A program made the position numbers and the translations under genes. The notes beneath the pieces are model-generated. The model was given only the letters and a program-made list of their open reading frames with translations. It was not told where the DNA came from and did no database searches. Source: the human T2T-CHM13v2.0 reference genome, Homo sapiens. Taken from it: a stretch of DNA of 64,000 nucleotides. Shown here in pieces: positions 40,185 through 54,390 of the stretch (its first letter is position 1; each line of letters opens with the position of its first letter). The stretch lies in the NCBI RefSeq assembly GCF_009914755.1, contig NC_060927.1. One strand, given 5' to 3'.

Positions 40185-43100
40185 TCATTAATCAGCATAA
40201 GTTAACTTCGTTTTACACCAACCTATATACAGAGATGGGCAAATCTTACAAAGTTTTTGTGCTGTTAAATCCTTGACATACTTTCGAAAAATTGTTTTTT
40301 TCCAGTGTAATGACTTTTAAAATTGTGATAGCATAGTTAGGAATGTTATTTGTCCTTTGCACTCTTTTGTAACACTTTTTATACAGAGAAATCAAAGCTA
40401 TTTGATGCCAGGATTTCTCTGTTTCCTTGATCTCCCTAAAAGAGATCATCGTGCTAATAAAGATTTTTTCTTTTTTAGTATAATTTAAAAATTTTTTATT
40501 CATAAATGATGGCAAACTATATGCATTAAATAAAGCTGATGACACACTAATTTTAAACCTACTGAGAGTAGAAACAAGGTACAAATATTGTAAGTAATGT
40601 GTTTATGGACAAGCCTAGAATCATGGCAGCATATTGAATTAGGTATAGAAACCCTAGAGCTTAAAGCATTGTACCAATTCAGCTAGCACCCATCAAAATT
40701 CCTTTTTATCCTCTAGTAGAGTGGTAATTGCAAGGAAAATGCATAAATTTAGGAAGAGATGCCCAATTTTAATCCAGATGAAAAATATTTTTATTGAAAT
40801 TGGGCCTATAAGAATATTTTAAAATTTTACTTTGCTTTAAGCCAACTAAAACACATGCTAACTTTAATTTGTGTTTTTATACAAATAGTTTTGGGCACAT
40901 AAATAGCATAATTTTACATTGGCAAATCTTCTCTGTATTCTTTAATAATTTATTATCTTGAAGGTATTTTTCAGCTCTTACAGTTTAAAATTTTTTTAAG
41001 GGTAATTCTACCTTCCATGCAAAAGAGAGGCTTTCCATTTATAAGCCTGTTACCTAGAGGCACAATTAAAATGGAAACATTAAATAGAAATAAAACATAA
41101 TTCTTCAGTTATTTTCATCCACCAGCTGGCTCATTTCATAGACTCCCTCTTCGGTGAGTTCCAAATACATTAGTAGTTAGTTGATTACCTATTTGCATAT
41201 CCTTCAAATTATAAAATTTAACTGTCTAAGTTCTAATTCAGGTAATCCTAAATGTTTGCATATTACAGACAAAGCTTTTTTGTGTCAACGAGCTGGAACT
41301 TTGGACCAAGTTCCTTCATCAATGTTTTCTTCAGATACATCTTTACATTCCTCAAGCTTTAAGAATTTCTTCACCAAGCCCTCCTGTTCTCTCTCTGGAG
41401 TGAGCCTACATTAAAAATACACCAGTCACTAAAAGTTTCCTTGTTAGGATCTCAAAGTTGCCTTTGAATTGTTAGGAGCAAACTTAAAATTAAAATTTCC
41501 CTTTTTTTGAGTAAGGAAGACTAATACTGATTACTTTCATTTATTTTTATTCTTAAGCACCTTGAGGTACCTCTGAGTGAAGCTGCACTGAATTGATTCA
41601 AATATGTAGTGTTGTGATAGCTGGTTATGATTTTCTGGTGTTTTTCTGCAACTCTAACCATATGTAATTTTGAATTAAATGAAAGTTAAGTACTAAAACG
41701 TTTTGCCCAAAGGGAATTCGGATTCTCAATGTGCTTTTAATAACTGTTTGTAAAACATTTAAGAAAATCTATGACAACATATTTAGGAAAAAAATCAAAT
41801 TACTATTGCCTTAAGATGTTATTCCAGTTTCTCAACTTTATGAAACATCCTGTGTGGCCCAATTGTTGAACTAATCCAGTCAGTAATACTTTAGAACGTA
41901 TTGTACATGTAGGATCTGAATTTAATTTGTATATTTTTAATAATAAATCTTTAAAATACTTTAAAACTCAATGAAATTATTGTGGACAGTGCAAAAGAAG
42001 TCTCGTCAAATGTTTCTGAAAAATTGCAAATACAGTCTAATTAGAAAGCATTAAAATTAATTCATGGAATCAGACTTAAAACTATTATACCACTGCTTCT
42101 TTTAAAAACAAAAGTATTAGAAGTCCTCAAGAGTTCTGCAAAATCTAAAATAAAAGGTCATGGTGTACCCAAGACATAAGATAAACAAATACAACCTTCA
42201 GTGGAAATGGAAACAGTGGGAGAGGGATTTCCAGAAGGCTAGTTGGTTGTGTAGACTTTTCTTCTTATGGTACAATTTGAAAAATGAACTCAAGTTGGAA
42301 TGTGACCTGAATTTCCATTTTCTCTGACACACAGAAATGGCTATGTACCTAATTTGAGAAAAATTCAAACCATAACCTTCAATGTACATCTCAGAATCTG
42401 TGCTAAATGCGAATACTGGAATCACCTTTCATCCAGAAAGATGGTGTCCTTGAATCTAACCAGGCGATAATGAGCTTTCTTTTTCTCACATTTGTAATCC
42501 CTCACCCAAAGCATCATTAGAATACAACCATCCCATAGTACAGTCGAAGTCATTTCTTTTACTGTTTGTTCATGTTTTTATTTCCCTCTGTGGCCATGAA
42601 AACAATTACAGAAACTTGTAAAATTTGTAATCCATTTCCATCAAGAAACAAGTGAATTACAATGATCTAAAACAGAATGGCAGATAAAGGCTTTACTCTG
42701 AAAAGATCAGATTTTCTAAGTAACTGGTATGTCAGAAGCATCTCCAGCGAAAATATGACCAGAATTTTTATCCATCACTCATTAAATTACAGCATTGTGT
42801 GACTTTATAAGCCCTGACTTCACTGCATCCTTATTTAAGGTATTATTAATAAATGATTGAAAATATGGGTATTCTCTTTGCACTTCACACATTTCTGTAT
42901 TATTTGGATTTTTTTAACAACAAGAATAGATTAAATCAATTTGATTGGAGTTTCTTTACCTGCTGGTTACATAACACTTTCAAGGGTTGTTGTGACTAAG
43001 CATCAATGATTGTTGTTGAAGATGGGTTGATGGATACATGCAGGTTCACTGTACTATTCCCTCTGATTTTATGGATTATGGATTATTTGACAATACCCAA

Positions 43101-43539
43101 AACAAAAAGTTTTTCAAAGAATGTATCATTTTAGTAATTTACAATATGAAGTTCTGGGGAAATAGGTTTTCTGTGATCTGCACAAGCTTGTAATTTGGTA
43201 GTATAGAAGTTGTCAATCTCAATTCCTTGCTTTATTTTAGAACTTGAAACTTGTATAAAAAGCTTCCTTCACATACTCTGCATAGAAGAAAAAATCAATA
43301 ATGCAATAATAAAAAAACAAACTCCAAATAAAGTTATTTACAAATATGGACTTTTAATTGACCTGAAGCAGGAGTCCAGATGATATATGCTGAGGTTGAA
43401 TTAAACTACTACCCAAGATTTTTTAAAAACTACTATTTCTTAAAATGGGCCACTTGGGGTGCAACGGTCCTTTCAACCATAAAATGCCGGATGTCCTTGG
43501 ATTTTTTAAGTATTTACCACATTTAATAATAAAAAAGAA

Positions 43540-43765
43540 AAACTAACATTTCCTGAGTGCCCAATATCTAAGGGGTGTGCTACGTGCTTTACAAGCATTA
43601 TCTCTTTTTAATTGTCATAAAACCTTGGGGTAGGTACTTGTGCTCATTTTACAGAGAAGAAAACTAAAGTTAAAGGAGGATTACAACAGAAGATCCCCCA
43701 GTGGACTCGTGACAGGGTTGGGATTTGCTGCTAAGCAGTCTGGCACCAGAACCTATGCTCTTGGC
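43540..43765 (-). mobile_element. MIR SINE
   Basis: ctaacatttcctgagtgc...ctcattttacagagaagaaaactaaag. Confidence 0.8.
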
Positions 43766-44030
43766 CCAATCTCTGATCAACAGAGGAAATATGAGATTAA
43801 AATATACCCAAATTGTGTGTGGTAAAGTAAGGCCACACAACTTTAAAAAAATTGCTGAAAACAAATAATTAATAGATATGAAAGGGCTCTGAAATGTATC
43901 ATTTTAAAGTACTTCTCGGTGAATTATCCCACCGATCCTGATAACATAAGTTTGAGCCTCCATATTAAAGCCAAAGAGGCCCAAGCTGAGAGCAGACTGG
44001 TTTATGAATATTCATTAAGAACAGAGCCTG

Positions 44031-44340
44031 AGCCAGGCACAGTGGCTTACGCCTGTAATCCCAGCACTTTGGGAGGCCGAGGTAGTTGGATCACTTGAGG
44101 CCAGGAGTTCGAGACCAGCCTGGCCAACATGATGAAACCCCATCTCTACTAAAAATACAAATAGCCGGGCGTGGTGGCGGGCACCTGTAATCCCAGTTAC
44201 TCAGGAGGCTGAGGCAGGAGAATCACTTGAACCCAGGAGGTGGAGGTTGCAGTGAGGTGAGAGGCAAGATCACGCCACTGCCTCCAGCCTGGGCGACAGA
44301 GAGAGACTCTGTCTCAAAAACACAAAACAAAACAAAAAAA
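44031..44340 (+). mobile_element. AluS with TSD aagaacagagcctg
   Basis: full dimer; TSD at 44017-44030 and 44340-44353. Confidence 0.96.
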
Positions 44341-45296
44341 AGAACAGAGCCTGAATCTTCACCCCAATCTGAGTTCAAATCAATGTCTAATTCTACAACT
44401 TCCCAGCTACCTCTACAGCATGACCTTCAGGGTGCACTTTTTAAAATTTTGTATTATAATTATTTGGGCCTGCTTTTCCCATATTTTTATAACCCCAAAT
44501 GCTGAAATTTGAAAAATCTATTTTGGGGACAGGAAAGAAAGCCTTTAACCATTTATGCAATTCCAAGGTCATTTGACGTTCTGGTTTAAATGACCTCCAG
44601 GGAACTGGGACTAGGGTATCACTTTAAAGCTCAGTAAGTGCTTCTAATGGGCATCAGGGGTGGAGAACCCCTTTCCCTAGAGGATTGCTGGAACATAGCC
44701 TGCAAAGCTGAATCAAGTTAAGTTCAGCCACCATGTAGAACACTGAGAAAGTCAGCTTTACAGGCACATGCCTCAGGCTGAGAGGAAAAAGCAGTCAGGG
44801 AAGAAAAACAAAGGAGCATGACACTAGCAAAGGTAAATCTGCCCTTACAACTAAGAGAATGCAGAAAATCCTCCAATTCCTTCACTCTGTGGAGGATGTG
44901 AAGGAGAGGGTGAATATTTCTAGGTGCTTGGGGGAAAATGCTTACAGGTGTGACTGTAATTTTATTTAACCCTCACTATTGAGCCATTTCTGAACAGGTA
45001 TACTTCCTGGCCCTAAAAGCTGCTTGTTCTACTCTGCTATTAGTGCAACTAGAGCATCTGTAAGAAAAAATAAGAGCATTTTTAGGAAAATCCAATTGAA
45101 TGGATTGCCAAAGGGGATTACTGTTTGAATCCATACCAGCATCATCTCTTGATTTGTCTACTAAGAATTTGTCAACAATGAGATTTTATATAAATGAATA
45201 TAACTATAGTACTAGCCATCAGCTAAAGGTACAAGTTGGGAAGAAAAGAATAAGGTAAAAAGGAAAAAGAGGGGCCTTGAAAAGGAGAGGAAAGTG

Positions 45297-45985
45297 TACC
45301 TCACACCCACTAAGATGACAAATAATCAAAAAGATGGACACACCAAGTGCTGATGAGGATATGAAGAAACTGGAACCTTCATACATTGCTGGTGGGAATA
45401 GAAAAAGGTACAGCCATTTTAGAAAACAGTTGACGGTTTTTTTTAAGTTAAAAATATACTTGCCATGTGATCCAACAATTCCACTCCTCAGAATATACCC
45501 AAAAGACATGACACACACAGCCTCATAAGTGAATTTTCATAGCAGAATTATTTATAAATGCAAAAAAGTGGAAATGACTCAATGTCTATCACCTGGTAAA
45601 CGATAAAGTGTGCTGCATTGATACAATGGGTTACTACTAAGTAATATAAAGGAGTGAACAAGCATGGATGAAGCTCAAAAACATTATATCAAGAAGTGAG
45701 ACATAAAAGGTGACTTACTGCTTGATTTCATTCACCTGAAATTCCTAGAAAAGGCAAAACTGTAAAGACAGAAGGCAGATCAACAGTTGCCTGTGCAGAA
45801 ATGTTGGAGCAAAAATTGACTACAGATGAACTATGGAATTTTTGGAGTGATAGACAATGTTCTACACTTGGATTGTGGTGATGGTTGTGCAAATGTATAA
45901 ATTTACTAAAAATTATTGAACTGTATATTTACAATAAGTGAATTATACAGTATGTAAGTTAAACCTCAATAGAGCTGTTAAAATA
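45297..45985 (+). mobile_element. L1MB-type 3' end
   Basis: ccaagtgctgatgaggatatgaagaaactggaaccttcatacattgctggtgggaat...gattgtggtgatggttg. Confidence 0.88.
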
Positions 45986-46006
45986 TTGTTTTAAAATACG
46001 TGAAGA

Positions 46007-46489
46007 CAATAGCAAAGACTTGGAACGAACCCAGATGTCCAACAATGATAGACTGGATTAAGAAAATGTGGCACATATACACCATGGAATACTATGCAGC
46101 CATAAAAAATGATGAGTTCATGTCCTTTGTAGGGACATGGATGAAATTGGAAATTATCATTCTCAGTAAACTATCACAAGAACAAAAAACCAAACACCGC
46201 ATATTCTCACTCATAGATGGGAATTGAACAATGAGAACACATGGACACAGGAAGGGGAACATCACACTCTGGGGACTGTTGTGGGGTGGGGGGAGGGGGG
46301 AGGGATAGCTTTAGGAAATATACCTAATGCTAAATGACGAGTTAATGGGTGCAGCACACCAGCATGGCACACGTATACATATGTAACTAACCTGCACATT
46401 GTGCACATGTACCCTAAAACTTAAAGTATAATAATAATAAAATAAAAAAGAGCAAAGAACATGAAATAAATAAATAAATAAATAAAAAT
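46007..46489 (+). mobile_element. young 5'-truncated L1 (L1PA2/3-like) with double tail and 14-bp TSD
   Basis: gaaattggaaat..attctcagtaaactatc..caccgcatattctcactc; TSD aaaatacgtgaaga (45993-46006) / aaaatacatgaaga (46490-46503) at a TT/AAAA site. Confidence 0.95.
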
Positions 46490-46635
46490 AAAATACATGA
46501 AGAATAAGAGATATGGAAACGATAAGAACATTCATGGAATAGGGGAAAAGAAAGACAGGTACAAACTCACTAACAAGCCATATCCACTTGGATTGTGGAA
46601 GCAGGCACAGTGCTTTCTTGTTACCTGTGTTTTGA

Positions 46636-47221
<586 letters not shown>

Positions 47222-48341
47222 TGTGTTTTGTTCTTTAAGTGTTTATGTGGTAGAGTCAAATTGTGCACTTAAAGAGTTTACATAATTTTAAGAATATTTA
47301 GTGTGAACAGAATAATTTCAAATGCTCTAGCAGCTAAGAAAAATTGATGAAGTAGAACAACACATATATATTTGCCATTGCTTCTTTGTACGTTGCATTT
47401 CCCTGAGCATTTGGTTTCTTGATTTAAGTTGCATATACTATTGCCTTCGCACCAAGTAGATTATACCAGTTTATACCAGTTCCACACCATTTTCAGTAGC
47501 TTGCAGTACCGTGAAGTTAAGTGGAATTGCTGCTTCTTGACATTGCCAGGCACCATTTCTTATGACTTGAAGAAAATATTTCCATTTCCTGCCACTCTCT
47601 GTGTTCATTTTTCCTGGTGTCCAAATCATCTTACTCTCCTTTCCTATGTCAATGCAGAGTTTTTTTTAGAAAAGTGAGAGGAATGTATATAATATTTATA
47701 CCCTGTGTTCACAAACAAATCTTTTCCTTCATTAAATAAAAGGTCTTCCTCCCACAAGAAGGACTCTTTCTCTCCCTCACTTGACTCCTTTCCCCATCTC
47801 TTCCCTCTTCCTTTGGCACTGGAGCTTACCCTCCATACTCCTGCCTGGCAGGCCAGCCCATAATTTCTCTCCCCCCAGTATTCTATGCTTGTATTTCTTG
47901 CAATGTACACATGGTGTTGTTGCACAGAAAACATGATGTTTTAGATTTTTTTATTCAAAGCCTCACATGATTCTCCCTCTACTTAAAAAAATACATCTAA
48001 GCTAGACTGAAAAGTATTTTGGTGACTGATCTTCGAGACCAGTCATATTGGAAAATATATTAGTCAATTGCTGAAAGTGTAACACAATTTTCTACATGCC
48101 ACTGACCCAAGGACTTCCAGAGAGAAATAAACTGGAAATGTATGTTTTTTTAAAAAGGAGAGTAAGGAAATAAACAGTTGTCACAGAAGTCTTTTCAATG
48201 ACAGGGTTAGGAGGTCTTTGCAATGTTTGGCTCCATTCCAGTGCATACCCCATTTTACATTCTGCAGGGATTCAGGCAGCTGAAAGTTGTACCATCCGTT
48301 ATGTGTGTGTCTGCTCATTCGGCAAGCACTTGATGACAGTA

Positions 48342-48551
48342 GGACAGTTTCTCAATCTCAGCACTACTGACATTTGGGGTCAGATTATTCTTCGTTGTGT
48401 AGGGTACTTAGCAGCATCCCTGGTCATCACCCAGTAAATGTCAGCAGTCACTCCCACCCTCCCAGCTGTGAGTTGTGACCATCAAAATTGTCCACACACA
48501 TTGCCAAATGTTCCGTGGGGAACAAAGTCACCTCCAGTTGAGAAACTGCTG
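48342..48551. mobile_element. MER20 (hAT-Charlie MITE)
   Basis: gtttctcaatctcagcactactgacatttgggg...acattgccaaatgttcc...ccagttgagaaactgctg terminal inverted repeats. Confidence 0.85.
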
Positions 48552-50467
48552 TTGGCTATCCCCAGTCTTAACCTGCAGACCCCAAAACACTGGGATCATA
48601 GCTAAACTGTGGGTGAACAGGACTCTACCATTTTAGGGCTCTACAGAAAGGTGTGAGCCCAGGTCCTAAACTTCTACTATAATCTAAAAAAGCATTTAAA
48701 CACCCCAGGGGATGGGGTTATCATATCCTGCAGTAATTGCCCAATGATCATACCTTGCTTATGAGCACTTCTGAACTACCGGAATTCAGGCTCTTGGGTC
48801 TCTAAATTTCCCATGAACTCTCAAGTGACAAAGATACAGATATCCATGGTAGTAACATGAAAAATGAAATGTGTCACATTTTAGCAACTGACAGATAAAT
48901 GTCCCAACCTACATTAAATATCTTTCACTAGAATATTATTCAATCTAGATGAGATTTTTTTTTGTTACAGAAATCTAATAAAGAGGCACAAATGGTTAAA
49001 AAAAAAAAAAAGTAAAGGATTTGACAAAAGAAACGTGAAACTGAGCAGTGTAGCAGACAAATGAAAGCCTCTCCCTCACAGGAGAATAGATTTTGTTTTA
49101 CTTACCCAAGCTTAACATCCAGGCATTTAAGAAAACCTGTCCCCAAATGGCCATTTCTTTTTTTATGACAAAAGGATCCTAAATATTTCTTGTTTGTGGG
49201 GAAGGAAAAAATAACTCTACTAATAAAAAACAGTTGTAGACATTTTGTAATTCTTTTTAGAAAAAAATAACTGAAGACGCATAGTCTAATTCACTGCAGC
49301 TGAAATTTCATTCACTAACTAACCACACTAATGAGCTGCTGCCCAGGGACTTCTAATTAGATTCACTGTATTTCTGTCACTGACATTAATTTCTTTACTT
49401 CAACTTCTAGAACAAGTTTAATATTTTCCGGATTTTTAAACAGGAAAAATTTAAAGATTTCAACAGTTTTTAACCAATTCTAATTTTCATAACTGCTACA
49501 GTTTTATGGCATAACATAGTATTGAATTGGAAAAACACAATGTTGGCATTCACATACATGTCAATACTCATTTTATCAAGATGCCTGGTAAGTCCATATT
49601 TGAAACTGTTGTTAATTATACTCTTTTGTTCTTTATATGTACTCTGGGCCAACAAGTCATATCCTCCAAATAAACTTACATTTAAAAAATTTGCAAAAGA
49701 TTGGCTTCCAATTAGTCTTTACTTGCTAATTCCATGATTTAAAGCAAAATATTGTTTTGCTACTATTTTATTATAACTGCATTACACTGAACTTCCTGCA
49801 TTATTCTCAGCATGAAAATGGAAGGCATACTTTTCAAAATAATCTTATGTGCATCTTCTATTACATGATTGAATAAATAAACACAATACAAGCATCACCC
49901 ATTTTACAAATGCCAGACTTGCAAAGAACCATACATATAAATGGCCGCACCTGCTCTACCCACACCCAGGCCATGTGCTTTCCCTACCATGGAAGCCCAT
50001 GGAAAAGCTCAGAACTTTTAGAAAGAATGTGGAATCCTAAATATCTGGGAGTTTTGCAGAGAGGTGACCCAGCAGAGAGCCTACAGAATGTCAGCTTCTT
50101 ACTCAAAAGTATCTTCCACTATACATTGCCAGAAGTTTTGTATATCTCTTTATCACAGTCCAATATTCTTCAAATTACAAATCTCTTTTAATTAACAAGC
50201 TTCTTTAAAATGCAAATCTCTCCCAGAGAGGTAATTATTTTCTTTAATTAAGTCAGATGGCATTGCTCTTAATACCTAACTAATGTCGTCCGGAATGAAA
50301 GATTACCAAGTAGTAGAAGCAGCTGAACAGCCATAGTAGTCATGATAGTTGTGGTAGTAGTAGAAGCAAATATTTACTACATACCAGGTGCTGTGATAGG
50401 AACTCTATGTCAATTGCCTCCTTTAACCCTCTCAAACACTATGGAAAAGAAGTTCAGGGAGACAAAG

Positions 50468-50648
50468 TAGTGGCTCTCAAAGTGTGCTCTCTGGACCAGC
50501 AGCATCAGTATAACCTAGTAATACAAATGCAAGTTCTCAGGCCCCACCACAGATCTACTGGAATGGAAATTCTGAGCGCAGAGCTGAGAAACCTGTTTTA
50601 ACAAGCTCTTCAGATGATTCTGATGCTTGCTAAAGTTGAGAACCACTG
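50468..50648. mobile_element. MER5A (hAT-Charlie MITE)
   Basis: agtggctctcaaagtgtg...ggaccagcagcatcag...gatgattctgatgc..taaagttgagaaccactg. Confidence 0.88.
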
Positions 50649-51509
50649 GGCTACAGATTTGCAGAAAAAGACCACATGCAGCATACATACATACACACGC
50701 TAAGTTAGGAAAAGTTCCCAACCTACTTATAAAAGAATAATGAATGTGAGCATTAGATTCTCCCACAGAGCAGATGTGGCAGAGGTGGATTGCACATGCT
50801 GGAGTCATTTGCAAGGCCCCAGAACCCCCAATAGCAGCTACTAATGCCTGTGTAAGTCATATCCAAAGAGTTAACTTTATGCTGCACCACAGTCCATTCT
50901 TTCAAAGAAACTCAATCTCTTCATTAAACATTCTCATTTAAGGGAAATGGGGGCTTATATTTGACTTTTCCTAGTTCTTGGAATAAACTGAAGACCACAT
51001 TCTCAGACCCAAGAGGAAAAGCTAAGTTAGCTCTCAAGCTTCTCAAGTGGTTTCTCTGCATTCAGCTAGCTGGAGTCCCAAAAGCCTATTACCCGACAGG
51101 TAATGCTAACAGTATCCTTATTTCACAAGTTCATACACTGAAGCTCAGAGAAGTTAACTAAGTACCCAACAGCACAGGTAAGAAATCGCAAAGCCTAAAC
51201 TAGAGAAACTCAAGACCAACTCCAAAATCCTATCAGCAACCCACTTATGATAAAGGAGAAAAGATAACTGGGTAATTTGTGAGCATTGTGTATTTCATAG
51301 GGAGAGCAGTTTGTTGTCATGGCAGCTGTTTTTTGGTGAGTTACCACCAAACAACCAAAAAACAAAGCTTTGGACACAGCCCATTCCTAGAGTAAGGTCT
51401 GCATATTTCATTGTTTGTCTATTTCATTCTACATTTATGTATTATTTATATTGGCATTTCTCATAATCCCGCACTATTTTTTTTTTCTATATTGACCTTC
51501 CAGAAAGAC

Positions 51510-51925
51510 TCTCCACACAGCTCTGGGCTCCAGGTGACTGACCTCCCTGCTTTAGCTGGGCTCCCTGGCCCTCTAGTTTCTGATTGGGCTCAGCAAATGG
51601 AAAGCAGCTCCAGATCACAGAATGGGACAGGTCTGAGTGTTTATTCCCTCTATCCCTCTCTGCTATGTCAGTTTGGTAATAGCTGTGTTACCTACAGCCA
51701 CAGCTCCTGGAAGACAACCCCTCTCCCAAGGGTATTGTGCTCATGGAAGCCTGGTAATAGCTTCCTTCCCTTTTACCTTCTAGCTGTTAACAGCTTTCCC
51801 TTGTCCCAGTCCCTGGGCACTTCACCATATCCTGGTGACCCCCTACATTCTGCCTACACCTTTGTAAACATTCTCATCATTGAACTGTCCTTAGAGTGGG
51901 TCATCTGCTTCCTGCTGAGATCTGG
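51510..51925 (+). mobile_element. ERVL LTR (LTR33-like)
   Basis: tttctgattgggctcagcaaatgg...gcctacacctttgtaaaca...catctgcttcctgctg. Confidence 0.65.
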
Positions 51926-53519
51926 AGTGTTGCAGATCACAACTATGGACTTACAGGCACAATGCTTTTTCTATCAGATCACTATTAGCTTTATTTTTTT
52001 AATGAATCTTTCAATGTGCCAGTTTGCATCATATTGCCAGTTTCAAAAGTCATGTTACTCCATAAAGACTCTGTATTTCACAAAAAAAGCATGACTTTGT
52101 ATAGTAAGTGCTCAAAATTGTATAGTAAGTGCTCAAAATGGCAAATGATATTATCACTATCATTGTTGTTATTGGTAAATTAGGAGAACTAAAAGCAATG
52201 GACATAATTTAGAGAAGGGCGGATTTGGAATTAACATAGATAAACTTTTTAACAACTATAGATTAATAAAATAGTCTTATAAATAAAATTTATAAAGCAC
52301 TTTTTTGTTGGTGGTCTCATATTATTTTCACAACAATCATATGAGGTAAGTATGTCATTAGTCTCTTGTGGAGGTGTGGAAATGAAGACTTAGAGGGCGT
52401 GTAAGGGTTTACCCAAAAGCAGAGCTATTGAATGTTGGAGCTAGCAATGAAATCTTACTCTAGGGCCAGGTTCTGCCCTCACCACCCATCTGTAAGTCAC
52501 AACAGGCAGCTAATAAAGGTGTGGGGAGAGAAATAGGTTGTCCAGTCCACCATGCTTGAATGGCACTCCCTTTTTTGCCTACCCTGACCTGCCCACATGA
52601 GTCACAGTTATCTGTGACTCTGGTTTGTTGTATCGTAAGATCTTGCTCTGACAAGAAAAGATAAAATAAAATGGAGGTAAGTTAGTGCTACATTACATAA
52701 TCAAGCATGTGATGACTCGGGCTGGGAAGGAGTGAAGCACTGAAGGGGAAGTATATGTTGGAGTCATGATGATATAAATGCTTCTTAAATATTTGACCAC
52801 TACTGAAAGCCACCTGGGAGAGAGTGAGTAATCCATAACAAACAACCGAGCACAGTGGATAGTGAGGGAGTGCATAAAACAACAGTAAGCTATGGCCTCT
52901 TTTCATCTTGAATCTTTCTAAACAACAGTGGAAAAGAGCTTCATGGGTAATGATGCAAAATTGATTGAGTGGGTTTTTCTTTATATTGGTTGATTCTCTG
53001 TGTCTACATTTCCAAACTGTAACAAGAGTCTCAGAAATTGTGGTACGTACTATGAAATTTGTGTTTGACAAATAATGATTGGAAAGGGTAATAGCCTTAG
53101 TAAACACATGGTATTAGGAGGAAAAAAACTTGGTGCTCAGCCTAACATTTGATTTTGTTAATATCAATAATGTATTAACAAGTGAATAACCTGGATTTTA
53201 TCCAAACCACTCTACTATAAGTGCTTTGCTAAAACTCACCAATGGTATTTGCTTCTATAAATAACAGCCATAATTGGAATAGTTTTCTAGATACATCAGT
53301 TTATATCTTATGACAAATATTCTTTTAAAGATCTTTATCATTGCAAGCCTTTTAGAGGAACCTTTAAATTAGACGGTGAAAGTGGTGTCTGACCACCCCT
53401 GCTGTGGTACAAAAGAAAGCTCTATAGAGCTCAGAGTTCAGACCTGATCTGAGTCTCAAAGAACATATAGGTTTGGAGCTAATCAAATAAAGGGGAAGAA
53501 GACCCTCAAGATTAGGTGT

Positions 53520-54152
53520 GGTGAAATGCTGGTGATGGAAACTGAGGAAGACTGGAATCTATAAGAGGCTGCTGAACCTCTTAATCTACCTATAACTGCC
53601 ATACTCCATCCAATCATGAGAAGGCTGGATAAAGATTTAAATTGAGGCAATGTGGAGTACCAGAAAGAGCACAGCATCCAAAGTAAAAAACACCTAGTTT
53701 CAAGTTCTGGCACCTCCAACTAGTAGTTAAATGCCGTTGCGAGTTTCTTAATCTTTGTAGGTCTGTTTCCTCATCTGCAAATAGCAGTAAAAATATCTTC
53801 CTCATGAGACTCTTGATGATTAAATGAGGGAATGCGTGTGAAGAGCCCAATATAGTGTGGGACAAGAAGTATGTCTTTAGCATATTGTGGGTGTGGTTAT
53901 TGCTGTTATGTTCTAAGTACGGATTGTCCCCAGATTTGGCCAGTGACAAAATGCAAGTTTCCTGGGAGACTTGTTTCTTCTGTGGATTGTCCATCTGATG
54001 CACTGTTTTCTGCACTATTGAACATTATATGGATTTGGAAAGTCAAATGAATACAGTCTTTGCCTTTGTAGGTCTTCTAGTTGAAATGACACCAACACAC
54101 ATATTTGCTGATAGATGCTCACAAACATAGCCAACAACTCCAGTTAGATGGA
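53520..54152 (+). repeat. left arm of local inverted duplication (contains a MIR at ~53645-53905)
   Basis: reverse complement aligns to 56368-56995. Confidence 0.95.
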
Positions 54153-54174
54153 GATGAAAGCCACCTGGGAGAGT

Positions 54175-54390
54175 CTCCACCTAGTAGTTAAATGCCCTGG
54201 AGTAAGTTTCCTAGCCTTATAGGTCTGTTTTCTCATCTGCAAAGTGGCAGTACAAACGTTTTCCTCGTGAGACTCCTGAGGATTAAGATGAGGGAATATG
54301 TGTGGCAACCAATAAATGCCAGATTCTTAGAATTCTTCCTGTCCATGTCCCAGTTGATGTTTTCTACAATATTGAACTTTATATTGAGTT
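54175..54390 (+). repeat. diverged partial direct copy of the left arm
   Basis: ctccacctagtagttaaatgccctgg matches ctccaactagtagttaaatgccgttg (53714); tgttttctacaatattgaactttatat matches tgttttctgcactattgaacattatat. Confidence 0.8.

Noticed and set aside
51411-52094. Longest ORF (227 aa)
   Set aside because: Begins at TTG, runs across an old ERVL LTR, and has no recognisable domain
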